Of a stretch of 64,000 nucleotides of DNA, positions 40,263-52,592 are shown one piece after another. Source of the stretch: Syncephalis fuscata S228 (lineage: Eukaryota > Fungi > Zoopagomycota); the NCBI GenBank assembly GCA_025786725.1, contig JAHLTZ010000008.1, positions 310,001 through 374,000 of the forward strand, given 5' to 3'. How positions within the stretch are numbered: the first letter of the stretch is position 1; the number at the start of each line of letters is the position of its first letter. The notes below the pieces were generated by a model, which ran no database searches, was not told the DNA's origin, and saw only the letters and a list, made by a program, of their open reading frames with translations. The position numbers were made by a program, and so were the translations under genes.

Positions 40263-41510
40263 TTAAATGCCTGGTCGGGTCGTTGGCGTATTTGGACTGA
40301 AGGAATGTCTGGTCAAAAACACCATTGGTGTCATTCGCTTAGTAGAATCAATAGTCAAAAGCATGTTCATTTGTCCGACAAGTTCGTTCCAATACTTTTG
40401 CTGGTCAGGTGTGTATGATTTCCTCGGCTTTAGCACTAATGTTCCCGCTTTACTATCGCTGCTAATGGCTTTTGCCGCTTTTTTGAAATCGGCAGGTGTC
40501 ACAGGAAAGCCAAGATAGTCATTTAATGGCGTTCGGCCTTGATAAACTTCATACATCATGCTGCCGACTTGCCAGCTTTGAAGTTTAAGCAGCTCGATCT
40601 TGCTCGTTAGGAATTGCTCAAAGGCCAAATAATAAGCTTGCATGCCAGGATTTCCAATTGGCGATGGACTCTTATTAGGCTTAAACCATAGGCTTTGTTC
40701 GAAATTCATGATAAAAACTTTAGGCTTTTTGCTATTCGCCGAAGCAATCCAAATATCTAATAGAAATTAGCATCAATTTTAATTATAGCTATAGTCAACT
40801 ACTTACTATCAAGATTGATATCTAGGTGGATTAAACCCATAGTATTGATGTATCTTAAACCTGTATTTTAATGTTAGCTTCATCACGGCTATTTACCTTT
40901 TACCTTTAAGTACTTGATTAGCTATATCAAGTAATTGTGCTGGTTTACTTTGCTCTTCCACTTTTCTTATGTAGTCCCTCAGTTTCATATTGCCAGAGTT
41001 TTTGATGATAAAGCACCGACCGGTTTTTTGTAAAAATGAAGGCCACTTATTTTTTGAAAGATACAGAGGCTTTCCAGACAAAGTTATAGGAAATGAATAA
41101 ATATACTTGGCAATATATTCTTGACCGAAACTATCTAGTGCTTTATGAGAAAGGGTCTATAATAGTTACTGTATTAATAGCTAGTTTTTTTAAAATAAAT
41201 ACCATTCACTTACGCGAAATACTTCTTCTTCCTTCTGACTTGCCACAGGGTCATATGAGCATTTAATAAGTGCTTTATCGTTTCTGTAGATTGCTTCACC
41301 TAGGGCGTACTGTTTACCACCTAATATTTGCTTAGAAATAAACAATCCATTTACACCATAGGCATTTTCGCTGTTTAATGGAAACGTCATAGGCTTATAT
41401 TCTATGTTTTCAGTAGCAGGCTGGACTGTCGCTGCTAATGTAGCAGTAGCAGATAGTAAGGCCATCAAGGACCAGGCAGTAGCCATAGCGGTAGAGGACG
41501 CAGACCTCAT
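40263..41510 (-). CDS. Signal-peptide-bearing protein kinase-like protein (probable pseudokinase)
   Basis: Hydrophobic N-terminus, ALIKC (subdomain II), GLRYINTMGLIHLDINLDNI (VIb), MNFEQ in place of DFG, SWQVGSMMYEVYQGRTP (IX), MLLTIDSTKRMT (XI); 4 exons. Confidence 0.8.
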
Positions 41511-43028
41511 ATTGTTTATCAAAAATTTGAAAAGTCGTAGAAAGTGGGTAAACGTAATAGTTACTATAAATATAATAGCACTTTTAATTGATGAATCGTA
41601 AAAAGGTAATTGAGATAAGAATGAAACTGTTTACAATAACAAAAATCTAAAATTTTAGAGTGTTATTGTAAATGTAAAGTTAGAAGAAGAGAGAGAAATA
41701 AAGAGTATGGATTTGACTAAAATACTGCCATTTTATATCCATTTAAAAACGGGCAGAGTATAAAAACTTGGCTTTATTTAAAGGACAGCAGCCAATATTA
41801 GCTGTTTTTAGTTTTATTTCCAACTAGCAATCTAAAAAAAGAAATATCTACTGCTTGTTTTGTACATAGGCCAGCGCTGTTTTTTTATAAAAATCGCCTT
41901 TCTTATATTATTGTAGCGATTTTAAGTAATACAGATATGGTAACAAGCATATGGACTCTGGCTTTATTGGGCTATTTATATTGGAGCAGCGGGGTTTATA
42001 TTATATCGGAATTGCTACATAAAACAGTTCAAGTTACGGAATATTATACAGTCTATATAAGCAGGCTCTGTTTTAACTAGTTTAACATTGTTGCTATTTT
42101 GTTTGGAGCAAAATAATAAACGGATGGCCAAAGTTATATCAGTCTTGAATAGTCTATAATATTATTTGTTAGTATTTATAAATTCTTACTATAAATTTAA
42201 TAAAGGATTGTTAATTTTTTAGCAAAAGATATAATAAAGTGAATAAATGGCTAATGCAAAGTTAGCTAAATAAATGTGTTAGTCGAATCTAACCATTACT
42301 GATAGACTGGAATGACAAATAGTCTCAAATGCAACAATATAAAATTGAATTCAAAACCAAAAGATAAACAATTTTTATTAAAATAGTAAATAATAGCGCC
42401 ATTCTATATTAAATGGTCGATTAACAATATTAATCAAAAAGTTAAACTTATTATTTGTTCGCTGTCTTTTTAATGGCTAATTGGATACTAGCCTACTTAA
42501 AGGCATATAATACTTATGCAATGGATTGTGTGGTCCATTATAATTAGTATGTTTTTTACAGAAGATGTGAGGAGATTATGTAATGGCCGAACATTGATAT
42601 CGATCCTATATAATCATGTCAAGCTAGATACTATGTCGCGTGCTGATATAAAAAGCGACATTAGTAAAAAATTATACACTGTTATTATGGATAATTAATA
42701 CAGAAGGTAAACTCGTGGCAATGGGATATTATTATGTATTTCAGCTTATAGTTATATAGTCACTAAAATATGATTAAACTAGTGTTGAATTAAGTGTACA
42801 CTACTGATTATATCTCTGGCAATGATCACTTCGTGGTATTTCTATTGGTCTGTGAGTAATTACAAATAATCGTGGTTTTAAATTTTTAAAAATTTACTGC
42901 TTTTTACGTTCGAGGCGTTTGGTTGTGTAAAAGCTTTTTTATTCCAATATATCGATAAAAACGATAACAAACACATCTTTTGCAGCAACAATTAACAGTA
43001 ATACTATTAGAACTTGTCTACTTTAGCA

Positions 43029-44785
43029 ATGGCAGCACATTCTAATAAAGAAAAAGGTATACAGCTAAATTACTCGTAATGTTCAAAGACGGGTAGTTTA
43101 CTAACAGAACACTTGTAGGACAAGCTGTATATTCTACGCTGTCTGTTTTTGGGCTGCCTGCGAACTTGCACAGCTGTGGCATTTGTTACGAACCATTTAT
43201 TACAAATGCTGCAACAACGAGTGCCAGTACTGCACCCAACCATGGACAATATCTTGCTTGTTTGCATTCATATTGCGATCCATGCCTATCCACCTATGTC
43301 TCCACAAAGCTACAGGGTAATGTCAATCCATTTCCGCTGCACTGTCCCGAGCCGGAGTGTTTATTTGAAGTGGCTGATAAACATATTAAGTCTATTCTAT
43401 CGAATAAAGACTATGATTTGTGGATACGCAAGAAGGCTGAGAGTGACATGTGCGGTAAGGTGAGTTGATGTCGATGAATTATAGCATAGATACAAATGCA
43501 TATGATATTGCAGATGTATTGTCCTAACAAACGATGCAGCGAGCTGTTAACAGTAGCTAATTTGTCAAAAGCCGACAATTGCTTGGCAGCATGCACAAGT
43601 TGTTACCATGCAATTTGCGTTAGATGTAAGCGCCTCTGGCATAATGGTAAGAATTGGTGTTTATTTATTTAATCTATACACTAATAATTGTCACTAACAA
43701 CTAGGCTACTCTTGTAAAGAATATAGCCAGCTTTCGACCAAAGAAAGGCTTGCTGACGATTATGATGTGCTGGTAATGGCTCAAAGCAACAAATGGCGTC
43801 GATGCACAAAATGCAAAACATTAGTTGAGCTGAAATACGGTTGTAATCATATTACCTGTCATTGTGGCCATCAATTGTAGGTGGAAAAATACAACTGGCT
43901 AAATTATAATCTCATTTTTTATAGTTGCTACAAATGTGGCGAAGACTGGGATCTTATGAAAAAGCTGTGTAGCTCGGGAGGATGTGAGCTATGGGATGAA
44001 GATATACTAGCAATGGCACGGAATCAACAAGCGTCACATTTACAGCGACAACGACAGTCACAAATACAACAAACTATATTGGTTCCAACTCCAATGTTAG
44101 ATAAGCCAGCGAAGCGAAACTTGGGTATAGATTTGAAATATATTGACATGCTTCCCAAAAAACAATATCTAAATGGCTATATAATAGTGTACATGGATGC
44201 TATTGCGGCTATTGTGATAAGGAATTTGTTAGTATACGTGCATTGCAACAACACTTGGAGACTGTCCGTTTGCATGATGTCTACTATTGCTGTGGTAAAT
44301 TATTCCCAAATAAACATTCTCTTCAAATGCACCAAAACAATAGAAAATGCCAAAACGGTTTCAATCCCGATCACGATCCCGATCATAATGACGAAAACGA
44401 AGACGATGATTCTGATAATTTTGATTTTGACTCTGATCCTGACTATGATGATTTTGATTATAATGATTATGATTTTGATAATGATAATGATGATCTCTAT
44501 AAGGACGATTCTGTACACAGTGCTCCACAAAAAAGTATTAGTTTAGGAAAAATACTAGCCAACACCCGTAGAAATTTCCCTAAATGGCTATGTATAGATA
44601 TTTTACAAGGCTATTGCACCTATTACGGTAATTATTTCAAAAGTCTAAAACAACTAGAGTTTCACTTTCAAACAGCTATCGAGCACAGCGTTTATTATTG
44701 CTGCAATAGGCTGTTTAAAATTGCTAATGGCATGAAACTACATCAAATCGACAGTGAATGCTCTAAAGAACTAACACATGAATGA
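43029..44785 (+). CDS. RBR (RING-IBR-RING) E3 ubiquitin ligase with two C-terminal tandem zinc-finger repeats
   Basis: CGICYE...CLHSYCDPC...CPEPEC; MYCPNKRC...CTSCYHAICVRCKRLWH; WRRCTKC...ELKYGCNHITCHCGHQFCYKC. Apparent 1-nt deletion in the A-run near 44160. Confidence 0.88.
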
Positions 44786-45230
44786 CCACGCTATAAAATG
44801 TATAGTTTAACTATATATTAGTTTATAAATTGTTCAGGTCTTGATTATAAACTTAAATGCGTATCATAAGTGAATACTAGCTTGTCTTGAATTAGCACCA
44901 TGCAATATATTGGATAGTGGAATAAAAGTAGTAGTGTCATTGTAAAAGTCCTGAATCAATTATAGATTAGCAAGCAACTATGTCGATCACTACCAAGTAC
45001 GTTAAACCAGGCACTATACCACTTGCTTGGCCATAAATATACAACATTGTGCGTAAATAAATTACATGATTACATACTAAGCAATTAATTACTATTACCA
45101 TTTATAGTAATACAAGTATTAAAAATCACATGACTGAATTATTAATATCATCCATAACAGCATCATAATTGTACAGTAAACATTAGTATTTTAACCATTT
45201 CTGCTACATTTTAGTATTTATTGAATTACA

Positions 45231-46122
45231 ATGTGTACGCTACCACCTTGGAAGATTCCTCTGCTGAAAAGTCTGTCGCGCAGTCTTCAGACTCACGGGC
45301 CGTCTTCAGGTATTGAAATACTAGCTAAAACACTAGCTATTACTATTGCTAATTAAATAGTTTAGGCTTCATGCAATTAGCAACCACCAATGTAGCGTCT
45401 GGTCTACCAAATTGCCGCACTATTGCTTTTCGCGGTTTTTTATTAGATGCTTCAGACACTGACTATGCAAAATCTACTGCTGAGCAGTCAAAGGCGCTGA
45501 ATAATCCAACTAGCATTATTAAATTCACGAGTGATATACGTGCTATTAAAATACAATCTTTACTAGCTCAACCCGTAGGTGAAATATGCTGGTAAGTGCT
45601 TGATCGATAGACAAATCAATATACACTTACATTAATACAAAATACAGGTATCATGCTGGCACACGTGAACAATATCGGCTTTCCGTCTGTCTTTATCCTG
45701 TATTTGCACCAGGTCATCCTCAGCAGCCGGCACTTAATCAATTGGCCCCACTACTGCCCAATTCAATGGATAATTCCAGCTACGAAACAATGCTAGCACG
45801 CTTACATAAAGAGCGGGAAGAGATGTGGCTGGCAGCTAACGATGATATTAAAATAAGTATGGCTTGGCCATCTCCAGGTAAGCCATTAAACGCTGACATT
45901 ATTAGACCATCATCACTTTCCAGTGATACGCTAGCCAAAGCATATGAAAACTTTGTCCTTGTACTAGCAGTGCCATGGCAAGTTGATCAGGTCGAGCTGG
46001 ATGCGACGCCATTCCGTCGGACACTATGGCATATTAATCCTAGTGACGGGCAACATCCTGAACATGATATTCACAAAGCTGGACAGACCGAAGCTTGGAA
46101 AACGACACCATTAAATCCTTAA
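45231..46122 (+). CDS. Pyridoxamine 5'-phosphate oxidase-like FMN-binding protein
   Basis: PPWK...FMQLAT...PNCRTIAFRGF...FTSDIRAIK...EICW|Y...TREQYRL...ENFVLVL..PWQVDQVEL...LNP. Confidence 0.85.
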
Positions 46123-46368
46123 TAAACAGTTGCATTATAGCCAAGCTCATTTAATTAGGTGTCATATAATATTAATTAATTAATAGTCATTTATATTTTG
46201 TAAATGGCACTATTATAAAAATAGCAGCATATTAATAGACAAACGCAGCAAATTATAGTTATAATTAAAGCTAAATAATATTAAATATTAGCAATAAAAT
46301 ATAAACCAAATTCCATATTCATTACTAAACACAATAAACTTTATTTTCATAATCCGAATATGCCAGCA

Positions 46369-48348
46369 TTATTGAGCCACATCCTCGGGAATACGGTGCC
46401 GTTTCTCCTTGCATTCATAAGCCGATGGCACAATCTCAATCAATGTATCGCGTGGCACTGTAATCTTGGGGATTTCCTAAATATCATGCATTGATTAATA
46501 GGTTATGCTAATAGTGCAAGTACTTACATTTTCTGGTATATTCAATAGATATCCATAGAGGAGTCGCATAACAGATAGATGAGCAATAAACAAAACATCG
46601 TCCGTCTCACGCTCCAACTCCAATATAACCGGTTCTAAACGTACGGCCAGGTCAAGATAAGACTGTATAGTCAAAGGAAATAACAAAACATATTTAAGCA
46701 TACTTGCCAATTAAATATGCAACATTCAATGATTAAATAAACTTGCCTCAGCTCGTGGATAACGATGGCGATATGGCTCTTGTTGATGCTTGGCCCATTC
46801 TTCTGGATACTTTGTCTAATTGGATAAGTACATACAATTAATGTTTAAATTTAACTGCTAATTGTTACTTTACTAACCTTAACTCCTTCAGCGTTTAATC
46901 CATCGCAATCACCCGGATTAATTTCGGCTAGCTGCGCTCGTTGTCTAACTTGGACTGGATATTCGAAATGACAGGCACTATTGAATGAGCGCTTTCGCGG
47001 ACTTGTCCACACTTGAAGTTTACGAAGCGGTTCGCCGGTTTCTTTATGGTTCTTGGCACGAATTTGCAAAAGAAAATTCTTAAGGTTTTCAGCATATCGA
47101 TGGCCAGCCGGTGAGAGATCTGCATCGTCACGATCAAGATGTTCATTTAACGATTCGCCGTTCTAGTTTATTTTAGTATATATTATTTAATCATTAAAGC
47201 ACTTACCCGAGCAAAATAAATGGTGCGTTGAGATATATGTAAGTTCATCAAATAATATACAATACGTGTCTAATAACTAGCTTAATCAGAAAGATGACAT
47301 ACCATATTAAATATTACGCATTACCTGTAGATAGCCATTGATATTATTGAATATCATATGCTGACCAGCATTAAATATCTTGACATAGCTCAAGTGGGAT
47401 TCACTAATAGTTTGGTAGAAAGGTACATGATTTTGGATGCGACGCTAAATAAGTAAATAAGTAAATAATACATAATTGAATAAACAAATATATACTTTAA
47501 AATCCTCTAATGCCTTTTCTTGATCCCATCCCAAATACTAATCAAACCAATCAATAATATTATTAGTAATAATAATAAATATATATATTAGCTCTAAATA
47601 ACTTACATCTGGTGAAGATATTTTAACACTACGGATATTAGTATTGATAATGTCTTCATCGTCACAAATAGATTCTAATTTTAATTTAATAAATTGGATA
47701 CTTTTACTATTAAATTAAATTTATTAACTTACCGATAAATACAACCTGAATCGTATAAATTATAAGTTAGTATAGTTTGTATTTATCAAACCAGTTGCTA
47801 TTTACCTGAATCTTTTCACGTCGTAGTCGTTCAAGAACAAAATTACGCCGTTTTGCTGTAGTGTTGGCGGCGTCAAAAATACCAACTTGACCACCCGTAT
47901 GGAAGAAAGATATTAAATCCATAAGAGCACTTTCAAGAATCTTGATTTTTAATCCCTCAGCCTCATGGTTATCTATAGTGGAATAGTCATAGTTATGCCA
48001 GTCTATCTATAGTCATCAATAGCGTAATAATGTATACATACTAGGATGAAAATAGTCTGAAGATATTTTCTCGCCAATGATATCACGTCGGTAGTTACTT
48101 AAATGAAATACTTGCGTCTTTACACCGAGCCATCTTAGGTAGCGCCATAGTGATCTAGATGTATGTGTCTTGCCACGAGCCGGTAGACTATGCACGCATA
48201 GTTGTAGTTTGTCAGCATTATTCGCTATGCATTGGTATGCTAAAGCGAGGTGTCGTCACTATTGCGTCGCTTACCCGACAGTTAGAATAGCAATTGCACC
48301 AGCATGAAACAGTCGGCCCGACTCGGTTTTGTAAAGTTGTGCCGCCAT
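46369..48348 (-). CDS. 6-phosphofructo-2-kinase/fructose-2,6-bisphosphatase family protein (YLR345W-like branch)
   Basis: MAAQLYKTESGRLFHAG...VGLPARGKT, GQVGIFDAANTT, IVYYLMNLH, VWTS, YPRAE|SYLDLAVRLEPVILELER. About 11 introns. Confidence 0.92.
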
Positions 48349-48368
48349 AACTAAAGGCTATAATCGAC

Positions 48369-48422
48369 AGTAGCAGTAGCAGTAGCAGTAGCAGTAGCAG
48401 TAGCAGTAGCAGTAGCAGTAGC
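48369..48422. repeat. (AGTAGC)n microsatellite immediately upstream of the PFK2 start
   Basis: About 9 perfect hexamer copies. Confidence 0.9.
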
Positions 48423-49293
48423 CAAGTAGCGTTGTTAACGTATAGCAACGGTATTGGTTTTAGTGATAGGAAAAGGAAGCTATTTCACTTTGAGTTCCTA
48501 GCTTCAAACTGGGACAATAAATCAATAACTCGAACAATAAATCATCAATCAGTTTTTAATACCGAAAAGTGTTATTTGCTGAAGCAATGCCATATCAATT
48601 CCGATTAATTCGAGTTGAGTCAGTCTGCACTTTTTCAATATCAAAACAGATATTAAATAGTATTTTTCATGTTACTTACAATAAAAGATAATAAATAGAT
48701 AATGTTAATTTATGTTATTGTTACTGTAAAATATTCAAAGCATTATAATTTGATATTTAATGCACTCACCATCCAGTTCCATGTTTAGTAGAACAACAAA
48801 TGTGTAGTTCAATCAACTAAAGGATGTTAGCTTTGATCTTTTGACACTGAATCACATGAGTCTATTAATAAATTATTTGACATTATGTATAATTACAGCA
48901 ATTTCTATCATTTCTTATTTACTCATTTCATCTCATTTTCTTGATACTTTTTAAATACAATTAAACACTCATTTATCATTATAATATGAATAATATTACA
49001 TCCAATATTAATTAATTCATGTGTAATTATCAATACAATAATGTAATTAATTAGTTATCTCTACTATTGCTTTACTATATATATATTGTCCTTTATTTAG
49101 TCAGATTGGCTATAGAAGAAGTAACTTTTTAATAAATGACTTTTATAATGGTTATATTAATCTTGATCTTACATCACAAATATGCTCAAATGCAACAGTA
49201 AAATATTAGAAAATAGAAGAAACCATTTGGATGCAATAATCCATGCTGTATGTAGATGCAACAACAACAAATACAAAACAATATAGAATCGCG

Positions 49294-49486
49294 ATCATAT
49301 GGCTTCTATTAATATTCAATTAATTTTTCTACACATGGCCAACAACAACAATAATCAACCTCAAATGTTTCAATGAAGTCAAATAAACATTGTAACTATG
49401 TTTGTTGTACATAACAGTACGACTTGAATTGAAACAAATTTTGCTTTAAGGACTCAAAATGTGGGAGTCAACGTACAATTTAACCA
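49294..49486 (-). repeat. Dispersed repeat, copy B (inverted homolog of 35403-35647)
   Basis: Reverse complement aligns to copy A in two blocks. Confidence 0.75.
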
Positions 49487-49557
49487 GTAAATCATTGGTG
49501 TTGTTATAATTCAAGTGCAAAATAAATGTCAAATAGTTTATATTTAAAGGAAAAGTT

Positions 49558-51555
49558 CTAGTCGCTGTCTTCAAATACAATCTTAGTTGCCTTTACACTG
49601 GGATCTACATCACGGAAAAAAGCGCCATAGCTACCGTGTTCCTTCTTTTTAACTATAGATGATTGCATTTTGTTAATTGGATGATGCGAATAACAAGTCA
49701 AATAACTATCACTTACCGGTACCGCCAAATTTACGCAATGGTTCTGGAACTTCCTGATCTGCTTGTCGTAAAACATTTTGCAATGCTCCAGCCAAATGCT
49801 TCTCTGTAACTGTGAAGAATGTATGTGCTGTGCCCTATATTATAATAAAATACCATTGATCATACATTATTAGTATCACCACTATTATATCATAGTATTA
49901 TATAAACTCGTTACCTTACGACCACCACGACCAGTACGACCAATACGATGAACATAGTCCTCGATAGTAAGTGGGAACGTGTAATCTAGTGATCCATATT
50001 ATTAGTATAAGTATTAGATAAATAATAGCTAGTATTATTACTATTAATAGTAGTGGTGGTATAACTTACTAATAACATATTCAACATTAGGAATATCTAA
50101 ACCGCGTGCAGCAACATCAGTTGCTACAAGTAGCGGGCACTTTCCAGACTTAAAGTCGGCTAATGCAGCCGTACGTTGTTCTTGTGACTTATCACCATGA
50201 ATAGCTTGAACCTTCCAGCCTCGACGCGATAGATTCTGCTCCATACGCATTGCTTCCTTCTTATAAAGAGCAAAGATTAAAATACGATTGGTACGCGATC
50301 GATGATAATCATTAAGCAAGCGTTGTAGCTCGCCTTCCTTGGCCCGATCATCATCAAGTACTTGAACGATCTGCGTAACATTGCCACTGGCGGCCAAATC
50401 AGTATTACCAATGGAAATACGTACAACACCGCCATTATTATCGGTAGCACGACGCATAAACTCATCGGCTAGACGGCGTACAGCATCAGGCCAAGTCGCT
50501 GAGAACATAAGCGTTTGGCGATTAGCAGTGGCGCGGCAATGGCCGATAATCTTGCGTACGGCTTGCTCAAACCCTGTGTCTAACATACGATCTGCTTCGT
50601 CAAGTACGAGAAAGCCAACGTTTGATAGATCACACGCGCCCTCATCAAGCAAGTCCTGAAGACGGCCTGGTGTTGCAACGACAACATCAGCATTAACAAG
50701 TGCTTTACGCTGCTCGTATTTAGGAACACCGCCATAGATACAAACACTGCGTACAAGCTGAGTACCACCACGTTCAAATGCCTCATGTGTTTGCATAGCA
50801 AGTTCACGCGTAGGAGCCAGTACAAGAATACCTGGCAACTTGCCAGTTGAGTGCTTATTCTTCTTCGACTTTTGGCCTGATTCTGTTGTTTGTTGTTGTT
50901 GCAAATAAACAAGGCCAGGAAGTGCAAATGCCATTGTTTTACCTGAACCAGTCTCAGCAATGCCTACCAAATCACGGCCAGCAAGTAGTGCCGGCCAACA
51001 AGTGGCTTGGATGGGTGTTGGTGCTTTAAAGTCTTTGTAATATACTTCAAGCTCTTTCGGGAATTTTGCCTGTTCAAATCGTAAATATGGTTTAAACTTT
51101 TCAATGCCTTCGCCCGTAACAGCAATCTCTTCTTTTTCGTAAAAAGCACAAGCTTCTTCTGTTGATGTTTCTGAAGCACCGCCATTCATTTCTTGTATGT
51201 CATTTGACTTGGATTTTGATTCTTTATGTGATTTCTTATTCTTTTTAACCAAAGTTGTTGTTGTAGTAGCATCAGTCGTTGCTTCTACCGACACTTCGGC
51301 TTCTTCTCTCTTACGCTTCTTCTCTTTCTTACTCTTCTTATCCTTCTTGTTCTTCTTTTTGATTTCCTTTTCTAAATCTACACTGGTAGATTCGCTGTGT
51401 TTGTCGTTACCGTCTGTTTCGACTTGCATTGTAGTAATGGCTACCACATCAGTCTCTGCCATTCCATCCTGTGCCACAGCATCCTTCTTCGACTTCTTCT
51501 TATCCTTCTTGCTATGTGCCTTCTTGGGCAATTGCTGGCTAATTGCTTCTGGCAT
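49558..51555 (-). CDS. DBP3: DEAD-box RNA helicase Dbp3
   Basis: Lys-rich N-terminus, [69 protein letters not shown]...KIVF. Confidence 0.95.
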
Positions 51556-51758
51556 GATGAAGAATAAAAGTGCAATCGACGCTAAAAAGAAAAAGAAAAA
51601 ACAAAAACTTTTTTATTTTTCCTACTCCGTGCCATCTCTTTTAACCATTCAAAACGCTACTGTTAGCCACGACTGTATACTTTAGTCGGTGTAAAGACTT
51701 TTACCGTGAAACAAGTACACTCAAGTGAATTACCATTATAGCTATCTAGAATACGTTT

Positions 51759-52356
51759 ATGGGGCGTAAACATACACAGCGAGAAGCGCTAGAAGCACTT
51801 CCACTGCCTAGTGAGCATCTCTGCGTAGCGCGTGCCTGTGGTTCTCGAGGACAGAATTTACACGACGTAACATTCGCCAATGGTCAAACAGGTCTATGTA
51901 CACTGCCACCGCGCTTTCGTAATGTTATTTGGGTAAAGCGCGGTAAGTTGTTATACTATTTACCGTTCATATCCAATACTTTTATTAATAGATTGTTTAT
52001 CAATAACTACAGGACATTATGTATTAGTAGATACAAGTCAGGCAGACCAACGAGATAACAAACTAACCGGAGAAATTACGCATGTATTACAATCTGGTCA
52101 AGTTCGTTACATTAAGCAACAAGGTTTATGGTAAAACTAAAATGATAGTACCAAATATTCTATTAATCTTTATATTATTATATTGAATAGGCCAGCTGAG
52201 TTCACTAATGATGAGATTGAAACAAAAGCTGTAGTAGTTTCTGATAATGAAGACGATGAAGAAGAGAGCGATAAAGACAATGAGCTATTTGTCAATACTA
52301 ATCGCCGACCACGAATGGACAGTTCTGATGAAGCAACATCTTCTGAAGAAGATTAA
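51759..52356 (+). CDS. EIF1AD: eIF1AD-like S1/OB-fold RNA-binding protein
   Basis: RGQNLHDV...LPPRFRNVIWVKRG|HYVLV...KLTGEITHVL...IKQQGLW|PAEF...LFVNTNRR; 3 exons. Confidence 0.88.
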
Positions 52357-52592
52357 TTTATTTATAAATGATAATATCAATAGTAGTAGTATTATAAATA
52401 GCGAGACAACTGTAATAATGAATTATTTATGTATGTATTATGTATTGTATGTATGTGTGTGTGTCTATATATTATGTCATGTGAAGTGGATGCCTTTATT
52501 TGCATAAGCAAAGGCTTGTTCGACTGATGCACCAGTCAATACTACTTCTCGTTTCCTCTTTTGTATTTTGATTGCTACTGTCGTAATTAGCT

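Noticed and set aside
48218-48448. Poly-Leu 'signal peptide' ORF (similarly the poly-Leu end of ORF 2257-2730)
   Set aside because: These are translations of microsatellites in a 5'UTR and an intron.
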